Below are positions 26,269 through 45,494 of a stretch of DNA of 64,000 nt, piece after piece (within the stretch, counting starts at the first letter, position 1; each line of letters starts with the position of its first letter). Below the pieces are notes generated by a model. The model saw nothing but the letters and a program-made list of their open reading frames with translations. It was not told the DNA's origin and searched no databases. The stretch is from the NCBI RefSeq assembly GCF_964355755.1, contig NC_092675.1, positions 4,769,812 to 4,833,811 on the forward strand. The letters are read 5' to 3'. This stretch comes from Antedon mediterranea (Eukaryota > Animalia > Echinodermata). Made by a program: the position numbers and the translations under genes.

Positions 26269-28520
26269 AGTAGACAACGAATTTGATTGAGAAACACTGA
26301 ATAAAACGAGCAATCTTTAGTCAGTATGAAAAATTAAATCACTTCTGTAATCCATACCATAATCAGGCAATAGATTTTCGTATATGTTAATCGTAATAGT
26401 AAAACTAATCGTTAAATTGCCAATACACATGGACACCATCAGAAAGTCCGAACGTCTATAGGCCTACACTAGAATATTTACAACAGTATCTAGATCAACA
26501 ATACACAAATCAATGTACTGTAGTTGATCCACAATTGAGTCAGAAGTTACACCTTCTCTTGTTTAAATTCACGTGATGTGCTAATACGCAAGTGCAGTAG
26601 CTTATTGATGTAGCAATGTGGTTATAAGGTCTTTATGTGGCCTGAAAAGAATGAATAGGCTTGGAAACTGAGAAGACGTTTTAACGACCAAAGCATAGAT
26701 GTCTATTGTTATTGTATTAGTAATTCCAAAAAACAAACTATAAAATCTGTCTATACAATGGTTATAAACTATTTACAATACATTTATAAGAAAAAAAACA
26801 TTGTATTATCATAGATGTTCCTCCATAGTAGTATTACAGTAGGTTAAATCATGGAGGAAATTTGTTTTCCTCAATGGTTAAATAACCAAGTAAGCAGACA
26901 GTCTCAGTGCTTATATAGCGCACTTGTGATGAGATGTTAATACACGCTGCAATAAATAAATTTGGATATAGGTTGTTCAAAGCACATGTTTATATAATTT
27001 TTCATTAGATTTGCATTAATTTTTCGAAACCTGTGATCTACTTGTGATACCAATATGGCGACACTGATAAAGAACAAAGTGTAACAGTTTACATGGAGTC
27101 GAATTCATTTTCAACGCCACTGACTACGCGACTATGAAGAAAGTCATTCTGCGCATGTTCGGTGTTCATTTGAGAATAATTCGCGTCGTGAAAACGAAGA
27201 TTAAAATATAGTAGTAGTTTTGAAAATGTTTGACGAAAATAATAAACTGTAAATTATATCAATCGAAAGGGGATAATTCAAGAAAAATGTCCAGGGCTCA
27301 ATCAGCAATTAAGAGACCTCCAGTAGCTCTGACGACACAAAAAGTCATTGGAGACATGCACACCACCAAATATAAAATACAAAACTATAAATTTCAACGA
27401 AAAAAGAGTATCTCACATTTATTACGACAGAAATAGAATTTGTATGCACATTTTAAAAGGCCTCAATCGCACAGTACATGAAGCCATTTGTATTGCCCTC
27501 CAATCATGCTTTGAAAAAAAAAATCACACGTATGTATCATGCATGCAAGCTTACTTAATACCACTATGTATAAAAATTAGATTAGTAGCTGTGGATGAGT
27601 GCGACTAAATGATCCTTGATATAAATGTTATACTGAGAATAAATTTCCTAAATACACAACAAAATTAAAAATAATGTAGAAAAAATGTAGAGGAATAACA
27701 ATAATCTCAAGGATATTCATTTAATCTAGTTGCAACCAAGGTAAAAAAAGAGCATTTCTCATTTAACAATTTCATATCAAATCTAGGGATGAAATAATTA
27801 TACACATACAAAATTGATTGTATCATCTGGTTTACTGCAACTTAACCTACACATAAAAACATAACATTATACGGTAAAAGTATTTCAGCGGACAGCCCAA
27901 TATTTCTGTAGTTTATTTCTGTGTATTTAATTGTTCCTTCATCCAACCTCATTGATTATATTATATAGATTTTATATTTAAAGAAGTAACACAGTTTGGT
28001 AAAGGCTACACAATGGTATACCAATAAATAACACCAATTATTTGATGCTATAAGTATTGATATTCACCCCAAATGGTATTGTGTAGGAAGACAACTGGCT
28101 TTCACAACTCCTGCTTTTGCAAGAAGTGGACAAAATGGTGAGGAACAAAAGGGGATAATCTTACATGGAATGGGTCATTACAAACACAGTACAATTAGCT
28201 ACACAATTTACAAACTCCCATTTCACTAGAAACAAACCAAATAATCGCACAACAAAAATGTTGAATTCTCTGATATTGATAATTATACTAAACAGTTTCA
28301 AGTACTTTTAACCACTTGTAATAGATATATAGAATGACACACTGTTGAAAATTAGAAACAGAATTGCCAAGTGCTTTCCAATACCTGTTTTCATATTAAA
28401 ACTGTTTGCTGTTAAACACTTGTTCACTGTGCTACACCATTACAGAGAATCTTAATATGATTTCTTTTAAACAGATTCTGGCGCAGATTTTTCAAGAACA
28501 GTTTAATCTTGATATTGTGT

Positions 28521-34089
<5,569 letters not shown>

Positions 34090-34202
34090 GATTTTAAGAA
34101 TTATTTATACTGTTTGGAAGTTTTTAAACTGCACTCGCATCAATTTGTCGTCAATTTTCGGTGTCGTTTATTAAAGGGGAAAGGAGCGGTTGAATGTTAA
34201 GA

Positions 34203-34222
34203 CAAAATGGCGAAATTACGTC
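34203..34222 (-). promoter_or_regulatory. YY1-like (CGCCATTTT) and CRE/ATF-like (TGACGTAA) motifs upstream of the PP2A ATG
   Basis: CAAAATGGCGAAATTACGTCA about 120 bp upstream of the start codon. Confidence 0.4.
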
Positions 34223-34741
34223 ATGCGGAACTGCCGTTGGTGGTAGTATTGCCTTTTTTTTAAAAAACGTTTTCAGAGAGTCAGAATTAATAATGGCTCT
34301 GATGTTTTTCCGGTAGGCCTGTCTACTCAGCTATAAATTAGTTATTCAGTCTGCAAGATTATTAACAAGATAATTCGATGGATTTTTCGATACTTGGTAT
34401 TTGACACAAGATATACAACTGTTTTTAACCAAACTATAAAAATCAGCATAGCTATAATAAAGTTATATTGCAGACAAATAGACTCAGTCTCAGATTGATT
34501 TAATTATTATTTGATATATTGCTTATAGATAATTACATTTACTTTATATCAAAAAACTAAAATTTTATATTGAATACACATAATTCTGATAAATTCATGT
34601 TGTGCTTAAAATCAGCAAATATAACACATTTCAATACTATAAAAAAATACAGTTTACATTGTTTGTGGTCAAGACACACAGAAGCCAAAGTGGCTTGTCT
34701 TTGTAGTCCCTAAGCAAAAATATAAAAGGACATAACAAACG

Positions 34742-35255
34742 CGCTAGTGATGTTAATACATTACAAAGTTAGTGATTATAAATAGAATTCTTTTACATTT
34801 TATAAAATATTGTTATTATTATAGCCTGCAACATATAAATGTAAATTAAAAAAAAAACCTTTTACAGTCAATAGTTTATGAAATTATAGGAATGTGTACT
34901 ACCAGGACCGGTCAAAGGTCAATAAAAATGTTAGGTCATTTTCTTGAAAAATGTCTTATTAGACTGAATAGAAAGATATACATTCAGATTAATTTGAGTC
35001 CTATTTAAAGTTTGTCCAACTGTTAGTTAAGGAGTTGTATGATATATAGGTCAAATGTCAAAAATCATACTTCCGACCATTTTTGGACAAACTTTTCCAT
35101 TAGACCGATTATTAATATGCATCTTCCAAATAATTTGACACTAAAATTATTTCATTTTGTTTAAGCGTTGCAATATGACCATTTTTTTTTAAATTGGTCA
35201 AATTCAAATTGAGGTCAGCGGTCAAAGGTGAATTTTAGAAATTTGACAACATGGG
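34742..35255 (+). repeat. Interspersed repeat; inverted copy at 59658-60145
   Basis: ~500 bp colinear reverse-complement match, e.g. CTAGTGATGTTAATA..CATACTTCCG.CCATTTTTGGACAAACTTTTCCATTAG. Confidence 0.8.
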
Positions 35256-35507
35256 TTTTTATAACCAGCATGCTTCAAATATTCATAAAACACAATATGT
35301 ACACGTTCCTTATGATTTGCACACGAAAATACATAGGCAACTGAACTAATAGCTATAAATTATATTGCAGACATGAAATTGATTTTTACAATACATATAT
35401 TAATTTATATATATTTTTACATTACTTATTATTTCTGTTTCATAAATTCAATACAACTATACTTGCATTATTATATAACTTTAATTTTACATGCCACTAT
35501 TATAATC

Positions 35508-35644
35508 ATTTTTAGTCGCGTGGACGCGACTCTATTATAGTTCACTATGTCGGTCGGTCGGTCGGTCTGTCGGTCTGTCGGTCTGTCTGTCGGTCCGGTA
35601 TCACTATGCGTTTTAGCACGCGACTTATGGCTGTTGGCCTTGTT
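35508..35644 (+). mobile_element. Short HINE/DINE-1-like Helentron derivative
   Basis: TTTTTAGTCGCGT-gg-ACGCGACT palindrome, (GTCG/GTCT)n microsatellite, second ACGCGAC and terminal CTTGTT. Confidence 0.7.
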
Positions 35645-36045
35645 ATATTTTAAATAGATTAGAAAAAAAAGGGAAACAGAGGAATGTAATGTAATGATAT
35701 ACATTTATAATTTAGAAATCAACCTTTGTATTAGAATTCAATAAAGTCCAGTGGAGAGTTTGTCTAGATGTTTTAAAAGACAATTTAGCCCATAATTGAA
35801 TCTCGAAAGAAAACACTTTGCTTAACCTTACGACCTTTCCCATCGTTAAACCAGGAGAGATTGACACTATTTAAGTACAGATTTGACATTGTTATCCATC
35901 ATTGAAATACCTTATTATACCATTAATCACTTCTACTTAAACACCCCTGGATTAACTTAGGACCAATCATTAGCTTTACAGATGACGTAATGACATATGC
36001 TAATGAACTGAGCCGATATACCCCCAAGTTTCAGAAGAGCCCAAA

Positions 36046-36152
36046 CACACCTCACAACCACTTCTTGGAAGACACACCTCACAGCCACTTCTTGGAACAC
36101 ACACCTTACCGACACTTCTCCAGAAGAACACCTACACTCACACCTCACCGAC
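36046..36152. repeat. ~27-bp minisatellite
   Basis: ACACACCTCACA(A/G)CCACTTCTTGGAA repeated with decay. Confidence 0.7.
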
Positions 36153-37759
36153 ATCATCACTGTATTCTCTGTTCCTTAGTTGCATATTATACTGAATTAT
36201 TATTGTATCATCAAGTATTATTGAATAAACAATATGTGTTACTGCAGTCAAGCGAGTAGAGTCCTCATTACAAGTCAGTACCTCAACACACACTATATTA
36301 CACTAGTAATGGGTAGCATAATAATTCGGCCGGTTGTTTAGTGTACGATCCGCACTTTTAATCAATACAATACCGTACCTGGTCATAGGCGCAGAAAATA
36401 AGTAAAACAAATAGTTAAGGCATGATTATACTACAATATTAAAAGATCACAGAAATCTGTTAACATTTTAAAATTGTCATAAAAAGGTTTTAATATACGA
36501 TGAATGGACAACAGTAATTAAAGTTAAAAATTACCGTAACGTCCAAGACACAATAAACAATTCAATACCTAATATTGGCACCCACTCTTGGACGCAACGT
36601 GCAGTAAGTGCAAATTACGCAAATAATTTGATCAATCTCTACGCGAGGATCATCATCACTTCTGTCATGATTGGTTACTTGCCGTGCGCTAACGTTGCAA
36701 TTTGTCAGTATTAGGCACGTCATTCTTGAATTACCGTATTCATTTGAATTAACTTTAAATCAGCTTTGAATAAACCCCTCTACATGATAACAAAAGATAA
36801 TACGTTTAATAATCTAATTATATAGTAAGGAGGTAATGTAGTGTTAACTATGGACATCTTGGTGGTTATTTAATTCATGGTAACAATGTTTATTTTTATT
36901 TTATTTCGAAACCCAAACCAACAGCAAAAAAAAAAAAAAAAAAAAATCGCCATTAACAGGAGGGTTAACATACAAAAAACAGAACGGATACAAATACACA
37001 TAAATAAATGCCTAAAAATAAACATTATAATAAGATAGTATAAATTAAGAATTATATTTTAGAATTAGAAGAATTATATAATTTACTTAATCTACAAAAC
37101 CATCCAAAGAATGAATGAAATGAGGGTTTGGTTCTTAATCTATGAGAAGCTACACGGATAAAGAAACAAGATATACAATTACAATCAAAATTACTATGAA
37201 CAGAATTATAAAGAAGATCAAACTCAATTCAAGTTCTGAATTTAGGTGATAAACATTAACAGTAACTGAATTAATTGCTCAGTTTGCCTAAGACAAAACG
37301 TATGACGTGAACCAAACTAATTGAATTATAAATAACAGAACCGAAATCAAGAGAAGATCGAATTAACGTCTGATAAAGAGACATTTTGGTTTGCGGGTGA
37401 AGATCTTTACAGTTAATTCACATGAGCCTCAAGATACGGTTTGCCATTTTAACTTCACTTTTAACTGTTTAAATATGAACAGAAAAATTAATTTTAGAGT
37501 CAACTTAAACCCCAAGATCTTTTTGAGTATGAACGCTTTCAATCCAATTATCAGTAATGGTATAATCAACAATAATATGAGCTCTCTTAAAATTTGAGTT
37601 CCAATCCCCACTTCTGTGACCATTCACCCAATCGGTGTTGGTCATCTTGAAGGAGACTTAAATCTTCTCCGGGACTAGTAAATCCCATGGAGGATCCAGG
37701 ATTTCTGAAAGGCATGTTCGCATCATACCATCCCGAGGTTGCCACTTGCTACAATAGAC

Positions 37760-40700
37760 TCATGGTATGTAGCAATAGCCATCGTATTTGGATCCACTAT
37801 GGATATTCTTACTCATAATTGGTGGACTACCGCAACCCGCCCTAGAACGCACAACAGGGTACATGACCTTTCCCCCAGTTGAAACCCAGCCATAGCTACA
37901 ATAATCATAACCGGCCGATTGTGCATTTCTTAGTTGATCTGGTGATGCTAGTGCTCCACCGTAATAAGCGCATCTATTCATGGCATCCTGTTTTGTAAGC
38001 GTGTATTTTACAGCACCACTGACAAGCATCACACGATGAGAGGGAAAAGGATCTGGTAACGTGATGCTCTGGTTTTGTAAAGGAATATAACACATTGCAA
38101 ACCATTCTGTTGATGGATCTTGTAACCAAATGTTGTTACCAGTTGGAAAATTCCAAAATGTTGATGGAGTATTCCCCGAGCAAGGATTGCCCGCCAATCC
38201 TCCCAAGAACCAGCAATCTGTACAAAGATCAACACCAAGTGAGTATGATGCGTTAAAAACTTCAACAGGAGTCGCCAGCCGACCACCAAAGAGGGTACTG
38301 CATCTTGTATCAGATTCATTGGCGTTTAGTTTATCTGAATTTAAACCGGTTAGCCTTATAATTCGTTGAATTGTCGGAATATAATCAAACAAACCTAATG
38401 GTTGATTATATCCTCTGTGACAATAATAGCCACTTTCATATGTCTTGTCTGGAAAAATATTACTTTGTTGATCTGGTGAATTAAATGTGCATTTGTCTCC
38501 ATTGATTTTGGTGAAGGCTATCTCACCACTAATCAACCATCCTTCGATGCAGTCGTCCATGCGTGGTTGATAGGCGTTGTAAAGTTGTTCATAGGATGCA
38601 AGTGAACCTAAGTTAATGGTACACGTACTGGATGCTACTTCGTAAGCAGCATTAGTTGAACTTGAATAAATACCATCTGAAAAGAAAAAGTCTAGGATTG
38701 ATAGATAAACTGCACTTATAATTTGCATTCCGAAATATTGAATAGTATGACAGATCATTATAAGCAATATCTTTTGAAAAAAAATACTACTTAATTCACA
38801 GTTTTTAGAAAAATAATATCAAATCTAAAGGTCAGAATACATGTGTAATGTCCAGTTTTATCCATAGTAGTTTGTTCGTAAGTACAAGGATGGGGGCTTA
38901 AATATAGTGTATTTGTGTGCGATTCTCTTGAATAAATATTTGTTTCGATTTCTTAGTCGAACAGTTAAGATTATTTATTGCAATTATATACGATATTTGA
39001 TAACGGCTAATGACAATCATTCGATACAGAGTTTCCTTAAAGCGAAACATACCATCCCAAAATAACGCTTATTTATTTTTACATATTGCTCTAAAATAAT
39101 TTATGGGAACTTAGTGTAACCAGCAGATGACATCATAGGATGTTGTTATTTTGCTGTAGTTGGTGTTGTCTTTGTTGGAATCATGTTAACAATTAAAATT
39201 GAAAACAAATAATAAAGTCTAGCTCTTTTTGTATATGGAAACTGGAACTATAAATAAAGTGACATGGATATTTTTGAAACAGAAACGCATACAACCTTAT
39301 AATTCGAATCCAACATAATAGTTTTTTTTGTACCGATATTAGAAATAGCACAAAAAGTTTCGAAACTGTTCTAAGAGTTCTTGGTTTGATTTATAAACAG
39401 TTTTCATTTCATTTCATTATATTCGGTCTATTTTAGTATATACATTTGTAATAAATTACCATTCCTAACACAGTATCATAGTGTCTACATGAACATTCTA
39501 GAATAAGATGTTTTGATTTAAGAAACCATGTATAATTAATAAGAACAATCAGGAACATTCCAGAAGTGCTATTAATAGAAACTGTAATCCCACAGAATAA
39601 GAAGTATAAAGAACGATCTAGAAGGATAGGAACGTCTTGTATATAAAGGGATGTAAAACTATATTGTAAGGTTGTTGGATATTTGATTGTAAAAGTTATT
39701 GTGAAGCTGTTGTTTAAAGTGCTTACTGGATTGTTGAAAGTTGAAGTTGATTGAAATTAAAGCTTTGTTTTTTTAGTAGTTATTTTACAACTTTGTGGAT
39801 TTTGTGTGTAGGCCCTATACTTTTATGTCACAAGGGAGTTCCTAAAGTATTTTCAACCGCTCGGAAACATACGTAAAGGGAGTTCGTGACAACATTAAAA
39901 AAAAACTGAAATTAGGGAGACCAGGGTCAACCTAAGTGAACTTCATCACTGTAGTTGAGCCGGTTGACTCAACCCCAAAGTCAGTTTACACATAAAAGAC
40001 ACAAAATACATCAAAATTGTTAATCAAATTAGATCTAAGCATTTGGCTTAATGTTTTCGTTATTTATTTACTGTTATATTCTTTGTTAACAAAATTTCAT
40101 TTCGGAGAAATATGTTGTATAAACGAAAAATGTATAAACGAAGATACGAATACATACAGATATTTGTATATTATATTTTTTTAATAACCATATTGATTTA
40201 TAAAAGTAAGTTTAGGTAAGCCAGTAAACCTTATTTGTGGAAATAATTATAGTTGTTGATAAAGTTAAGAACATTGAAAGCGCTATATATATTATTTACA
40301 AACACTTTACTATAATATCCCTGTAACCTTTTATGGAAAAACAATTATATACTTACGAGTCTTAAAGCTTTCATCCAATACCTATACACAAAAAATAATA
40401 ATGCCGCATTAAAATAGATCTTTATACTGTTGACTGTCTAAATTTCTAGCGGCTCATTAATTTTATATTTAATTTTGATCATGATATCTGGGTCAGGAAT
40501 AAGTAATAGACGTTTAAAAAATTAATACGATACCTTCTCTATATATTCAAACGGTTCTTGTTGAAAATCGTCTGTAGGCCTAGATGCTTCGTCTTTTACA
40601 TTTTTGTTGAGTTGACACAAACGATCCTGCTTACTGTAGTTAACAGACCAACAGTAAACTTTCCTTGAACAAGCCAACAAACATCCAGCACGATCGATGT

Positions 40701-40825
40701 TAATTAAGAAGCTGGTAACTCCAGCCCAGAAGAGAACGTTGTGAAATCACTGTATATAATTGAGAACTCGCAAAAGTAGATTCACCGCAGAGTAGAACCG
40801 AAAAAAAGAGCACGGTGAAATACAT
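37760..40825 (-). pseudogene. PAN/Apple + 3x Link-module secreted protein, copy A; exon 1 frameshifted by a TTAA duplication
   Basis: Exons 40825-40534 (292 nt = 288+4; TTAATTAA at 40700-40707 creates a stop), 40381-40357 (25-nt microexon) and 38676-37760 (open; Link motifs C..YGGALASPDQLRNAQSAGYDYCSYGWV..YP...RAGCG..YDGYCY). Confidence 0.8.
39447..39891 (+). mobile_element. Solo LTR (445 bp) in intron 2 of Link gene A
   Basis: TGTAAT...GTGACA ends, perfect 5-bp TSD ACATT (39442-39446 / 39892-39896), internal TATAAAAG (~39643) and ATTAAA. Confidence 0.8.
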
Positions 40826-41826
40826 GTTGATCTTCGACTCTCCCGTATACTCAAATGATTCCCAATACAGTACTTTAATAAATGTATACATTATATAGAG
40901 GTATATAGTAAACATTGATCTTCGTTATTGAGATATAAATGCTCAATGTACTTAACTAATTACTTATTTAATGATAGTATGATTAAACAACCATAAGATA
41001 GTATTACATTGTACATTTTCCATTTCTTTAATAAAACATTAATAAGTTTTATTAACAAATTGTTATTTTTATTTCATAAGTTAAATAGATATGTTAAATG
41101 TATTTATTTTATGATTATTTTTACACAACAAAAAGATAATAACAATACAAGTTTACATTATTTATTTCTTTATTACAACAAACCATCAAATATTGACGAA
41201 ATGTAGGCGTAATAACGTAGACCATTTAACTAATTACTAATACACTTAACATTATACGTTTTAGTTAACTTCAATAAAATTATGATAAATTACTGTCTTG
41301 AGAATGATCAATATATGTATAGATAAAAGCTTTTATTATATATAAGTAAAATTACTTTTTTTTTGTTTGTATATAATTAAAAACAATAATAATAGTTTAC
41401 ATTTCTAATTTCGTTATATCTTAAGTTAGTCTAACAAAACTAATGACAACTATAGTAAAGAAGAATGTTCAGCTTATACTAATATTACGGAGTTAAGTTA
41501 TGTCTGCTGAAAGTTTCCGCCCCCGATTACAGGTTTAAAAACCAATTTACTTCTGTTGCGTTACCATTATTGCTGATAAAAACATCACACTATGCCTTAC
41601 TAAATTGGAGGAGCAACACATGAATTCAAATACTTCATGATAGAGAAAATAACTATGGATATACACTCATATCTCTACAGCTAGTTGAATAATATAATAA
41701 TTAGCCTATTTGAACTATTTACGAAAATTAATGGAACAGATAAGACCTTTCATTTCAAGTTCCAATTTTCAGTTTCTGAAGAAAACAAAATCTCACACTA
41801 ACCGATAACCAGATGCTAACCTTGAA

Positions 41827-42071
41827 GTGGAGTTGTGGCTTGGTGGTTATGATGCTTGGCTACCACTCCAAGGGTCCTGGGTTCAAGTCCCGTCACATGT
41901 CAGGATTTTTTCTAAGGACCAAATTCTCCACTCCCAAAGACTTGTAATAAGACTTTTTTTATGTAGAGCATCTTGTGTATATGTTTGTCTTGTGAACCTC
42001 TGAGGGTCCCTAATGATCAGCAATAGCTGGATGGATCACCCTCATTAAATATGGTTTAAAAAAAAAAAAAA
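41827..42071 (+). mobile_element. tRNA-derived SINE (copy 2)
   Basis: Near-identical to 131-375, with A/B boxes and a poly-A tail. Confidence 0.85.
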
Positions 42072-42517
42072 TAACCTAATTTTGTCTTTATATGTTAATA
42101 ATGAATATCTACCAAAAGGTCTCACAACGCTTACAAAATCAAAAAGGGGATTCAAACTGTTTCAACGTAGACGAATTACGTATACAGTAAGTGCTCTACG
42201 TAATAATATGTATAACGTTGAATTATTTCTAAATAATGTAAAGATGAAATAAAAATGATACATATGACATGATGTCCACATTTGAAATCAATTGCAAGTG
42301 TATCAAAATAATCTATCATAATACTAAACATATTTCTGACAAATGTTGATTAATTATGATTAAACACACCAACATTTTAGCGAATTAACAACATAAATTA
42401 CTAATACCATGCATTCTTTGCTTTTCACTGTTTAAATCATTATCATTCAATTCACAAAATTTCGTTTCATCTCATTAATTAGGCCTACTAATGGATTTAA
42501 AATGCGTAATCTCATTT

Positions 42518-45494
42518 TTAAAGATTAGTGAGATCTTGAATGTAGCAAAAACCATCATATGTCGAATCAAAACTTTTAAATCCCCAACTAATAATTCCAA
42601 GACCATTTCCGCAATTACCTCTAGCATACGTTATAGGGTAAATAACCTCTCCACTTTCGACCCAGCCCGCGTTACAGCAATCAAAACCAGCTATTTGTGC
42701 CGCTTGTAGTTGCGCTCGTGTTGCTAGTGCTCCTCCAGTGTATGCAGAGCATCTATTCTTTGCATTATTGTACGTTAGCTGGTATCTTTCAGTTCCGCGT
42801 AAGGCCACCACACGATGAGAGGGAAATGGATCTGGAAACGTAATAGTTTGGTTTGGTAAAGGTATATAACACATGGCGAAATACCTTTTTGATTGGGCGT
42901 ATAACTTAATGTGACCACCTGTTGGATGAAGCCAAAATTCCGATGGAATATTGCCTGTGCAAGAGTTCCCTCCCAATCCCTTCAAATACCATCCCTTTGT
43001 ACAAAGATCAACACCTAGTGAGTATGATGCATTATACACCTCAAAAGGAGTCGCCAGTCGACCACCAAAGAGGGTACTGCATCTTGCCTCTGAATCATTG
43101 GCGTTCAGTTTATCTGAATTTAAACCGGTCAGCCTTATAATTCGCTGGGTTTTTGGAATATAATCAAATAAACCTAATCGTTGATTATATTCCCTGTAAC
43201 AATAATAGCCACTTTGATATGCCTTGTCTGGGAACACATTACTTCGTTGATCTGGTAAATTCAATGTGCATTTGTCTCCGCCGTTTTCGGTGAAGGCTAT
43301 CTCACCACTAATCAGCCATCCTTCGATGCAGTTTTCCATGCGTGGTTGATAGGCGTTGTAAAGTTGCTCATACGATGCAAGCGAACCTAAGTTATTGGTA
43401 CACCTACTGGAGGCTAGGTCGTAAGCCGTATTTGTGTTAGTTGGAATAAAATGTATACCATCTAAAAAAGAAGATCTTGGTTTGTATACATCATCACACA
43501 TTTGAAGATTATCTAAGATTATAGTAATATTCACGTTTGTTGTGCTAAAGTATATGTTTAAAATTATTGGTATGTAACTATAGGCCTAAAACATGATATT
43601 CAGTTATTATGACTGGAGTTGGCACGTTATATACACATTAATATTCCAGACACTTAATGAAATAAGTAAGTAAAATAAATATATTGGAAGATGAAGAAAA
43701 CTACGATGACCTGTAAGTGTCACTACAACTTTAAAAAATATCACGGCAATTTACAAAAAAGCGGCAATTAAAAAAAAAGCCACGGCAATAAAAAAAACAA
43801 ACCCCACGGAAATTTAACAAAAATACCACGGCAAATGGTAATTCACTTCTGCCGTGGCATTATGTAATTTGCTGTGGTGTTTTATTTTTAATTTGCCGTG
43901 ACGTTTTATTTCAAAATTGCCATGGGATTTTTTTTAATTGCTGTAGCTTTAAAAAAGAATTGTGGTGGTTTTTTTGCTGTAGTTTTCCGTTATATTTTTT
44001 AATAGTTGCTGTGACACTTACAGGCCACCGTAGAAAACAACCCAGGCCATAAGATTTTTCAATGGAAGAAAAATAAAAACGAATTATGTCTGTTATTAAG
44101 TTTTTAATTTCTCATTATTGGCAGAAATATTTGTTGCTAAATATATTGATTAATTCAAATATGTAGGCCTATCATACATTAATTATTCAGGGACTAGTTT
44201 GTTCTAAAATGTCTGTAGCCTGGTAATTAAGTTTATCAAACAGAAATTATTATACTCACGATTCTTAAAACTTTCGTCCAATATCTAAAATAAAGCATTA
44301 AAAACAACTTTATACACTGAATTAATGGCATAAAACATTTTTTAAAGTAAAGACTAATTTTATCCAATATAATGGAATTATTAGCTGCTTAAAAAAAACA
44401 CGTCAAATTTTAACTGAACATACTAGATGCGTTGAGGAGCCTTTTATTCCCTTTGCATTCAAAATAATTTTCTCTGAGAAGAGAGGTTGTAGAAATGTAT
44501 ATGATGCTCTGTTAACTTGACCAATGTTAATTTTAAATCAAGATCGATGTGGTGTTCAACATTAAATATTGACTGTTCGCTTGATTTCTGGAAAACTACA
44601 TCGTATGTCAACTTTAAATGTACCACTGATACAAGGTGGTTCCAATATAGGTTGGTAAATAGAACTCTGAGTACAAACACTTTTTTGTACATGATTGGTC
44701 GTTCAGACCATGGAACTATAATAGTGCCATGTTCAGACTATGAGGTTTGTGATTTCAGCCATAAAGAAAAAGAAACACCGATACACTTGTTTTGTGAATG
44801 TAACATTATTTGTACCTTTTGGGTGAATTTGAAAATATGGATTCATTTTTGGATTTCAGAACATTTTTATTTTATTTTAATTTTTATTAAATTTTATATA
44901 TACAAAGGAAACATGTGTAATAGGAACCCAAATGTAACTGAGTTGCAAAGGGAACTTAAAGCATATAATAAAGGAGCTTGGAACAATTTGCCATTTTTTT
45001 TGGGAAACCAAGAAGAATTTTATAGAAAGTGGTCTGGACTAAGTAATTTGTTTTAATATGTTTTCTCCTCAAGTATTTAATGGATGTTGTGTAATGTAAT
45101 TGTTAAAAATATGTATCAAAAGAAAACATTGAATAAAGTCTCTGAAAAGGAAAAAAAAAGAAGAAATAATAAAAGTAATACGAAAAGTTATTAACTGCGG
45201 TAGGCCTACCTTTTCAATATATTCAAACAGAACTTCTTGTTGAAAATCTTCTGTAGATGCTTCGCCTTGTACATTTTTATTGATTTGACACAAACGATCC
45301 TGCTTACTGTAGTTAACAGACCAACAGTAAACTTTCCTGGAACAAGCCAAGAGACATCCAGCACGATCGATATTAAGAATCTGGTAACTCCAGCCCAGAA
45401 GAGAGCGTTGTGAAACCACTGTATATAGATGAGAACTTGCCAAAGCAGCCTCAATACAGAGAAAAACGGGGGGAAATAGCACGATAAAATACAT
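42518..45494 (-). CDS. Secreted PAN/Apple + 3x Link (Xlink) module protein, copy B, ~417 aa
   Basis: Exons 45494-45210 (signal peptide; CLLACSRKVYCWSVNYSKQDRLCQIN PAN-like), 44284-44260 and 43461-42518; 1254 nt in frame; Link motif GALATRAQLQAAQIAGFDCCNAGWV..VIYPI...RGNCG..YDGFCY. Confidence 0.85.
43701..44033. mobile_element. MITE with ~30-bp TIRs and internal CACGGCAA / TTGCCGTG repeats
   Basis: CTACGATGACCTGTAAGTGTCACTACAACT / AGTTGCTGTGACACTTACAGGCCACCGTAG. Confidence 0.8.
44460..45100 (+). mobile_element. 5'-truncated L1/Tx1-clade LINE 3' fragment (zf-RVT region) in intron 1 of Link gene B
   Basis: ORF 44517-45056 with FQYRLVNRTLSTNTFL..C.F..KETPIHLFCEC..FW and EEFYRKW. Confidence 0.75.

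Noticed and set aside
36900-37620. Coding region or LINE remnant downstream of Link gene A
   Set aside because: Only short AT-rich ORFs with no motif I can identify
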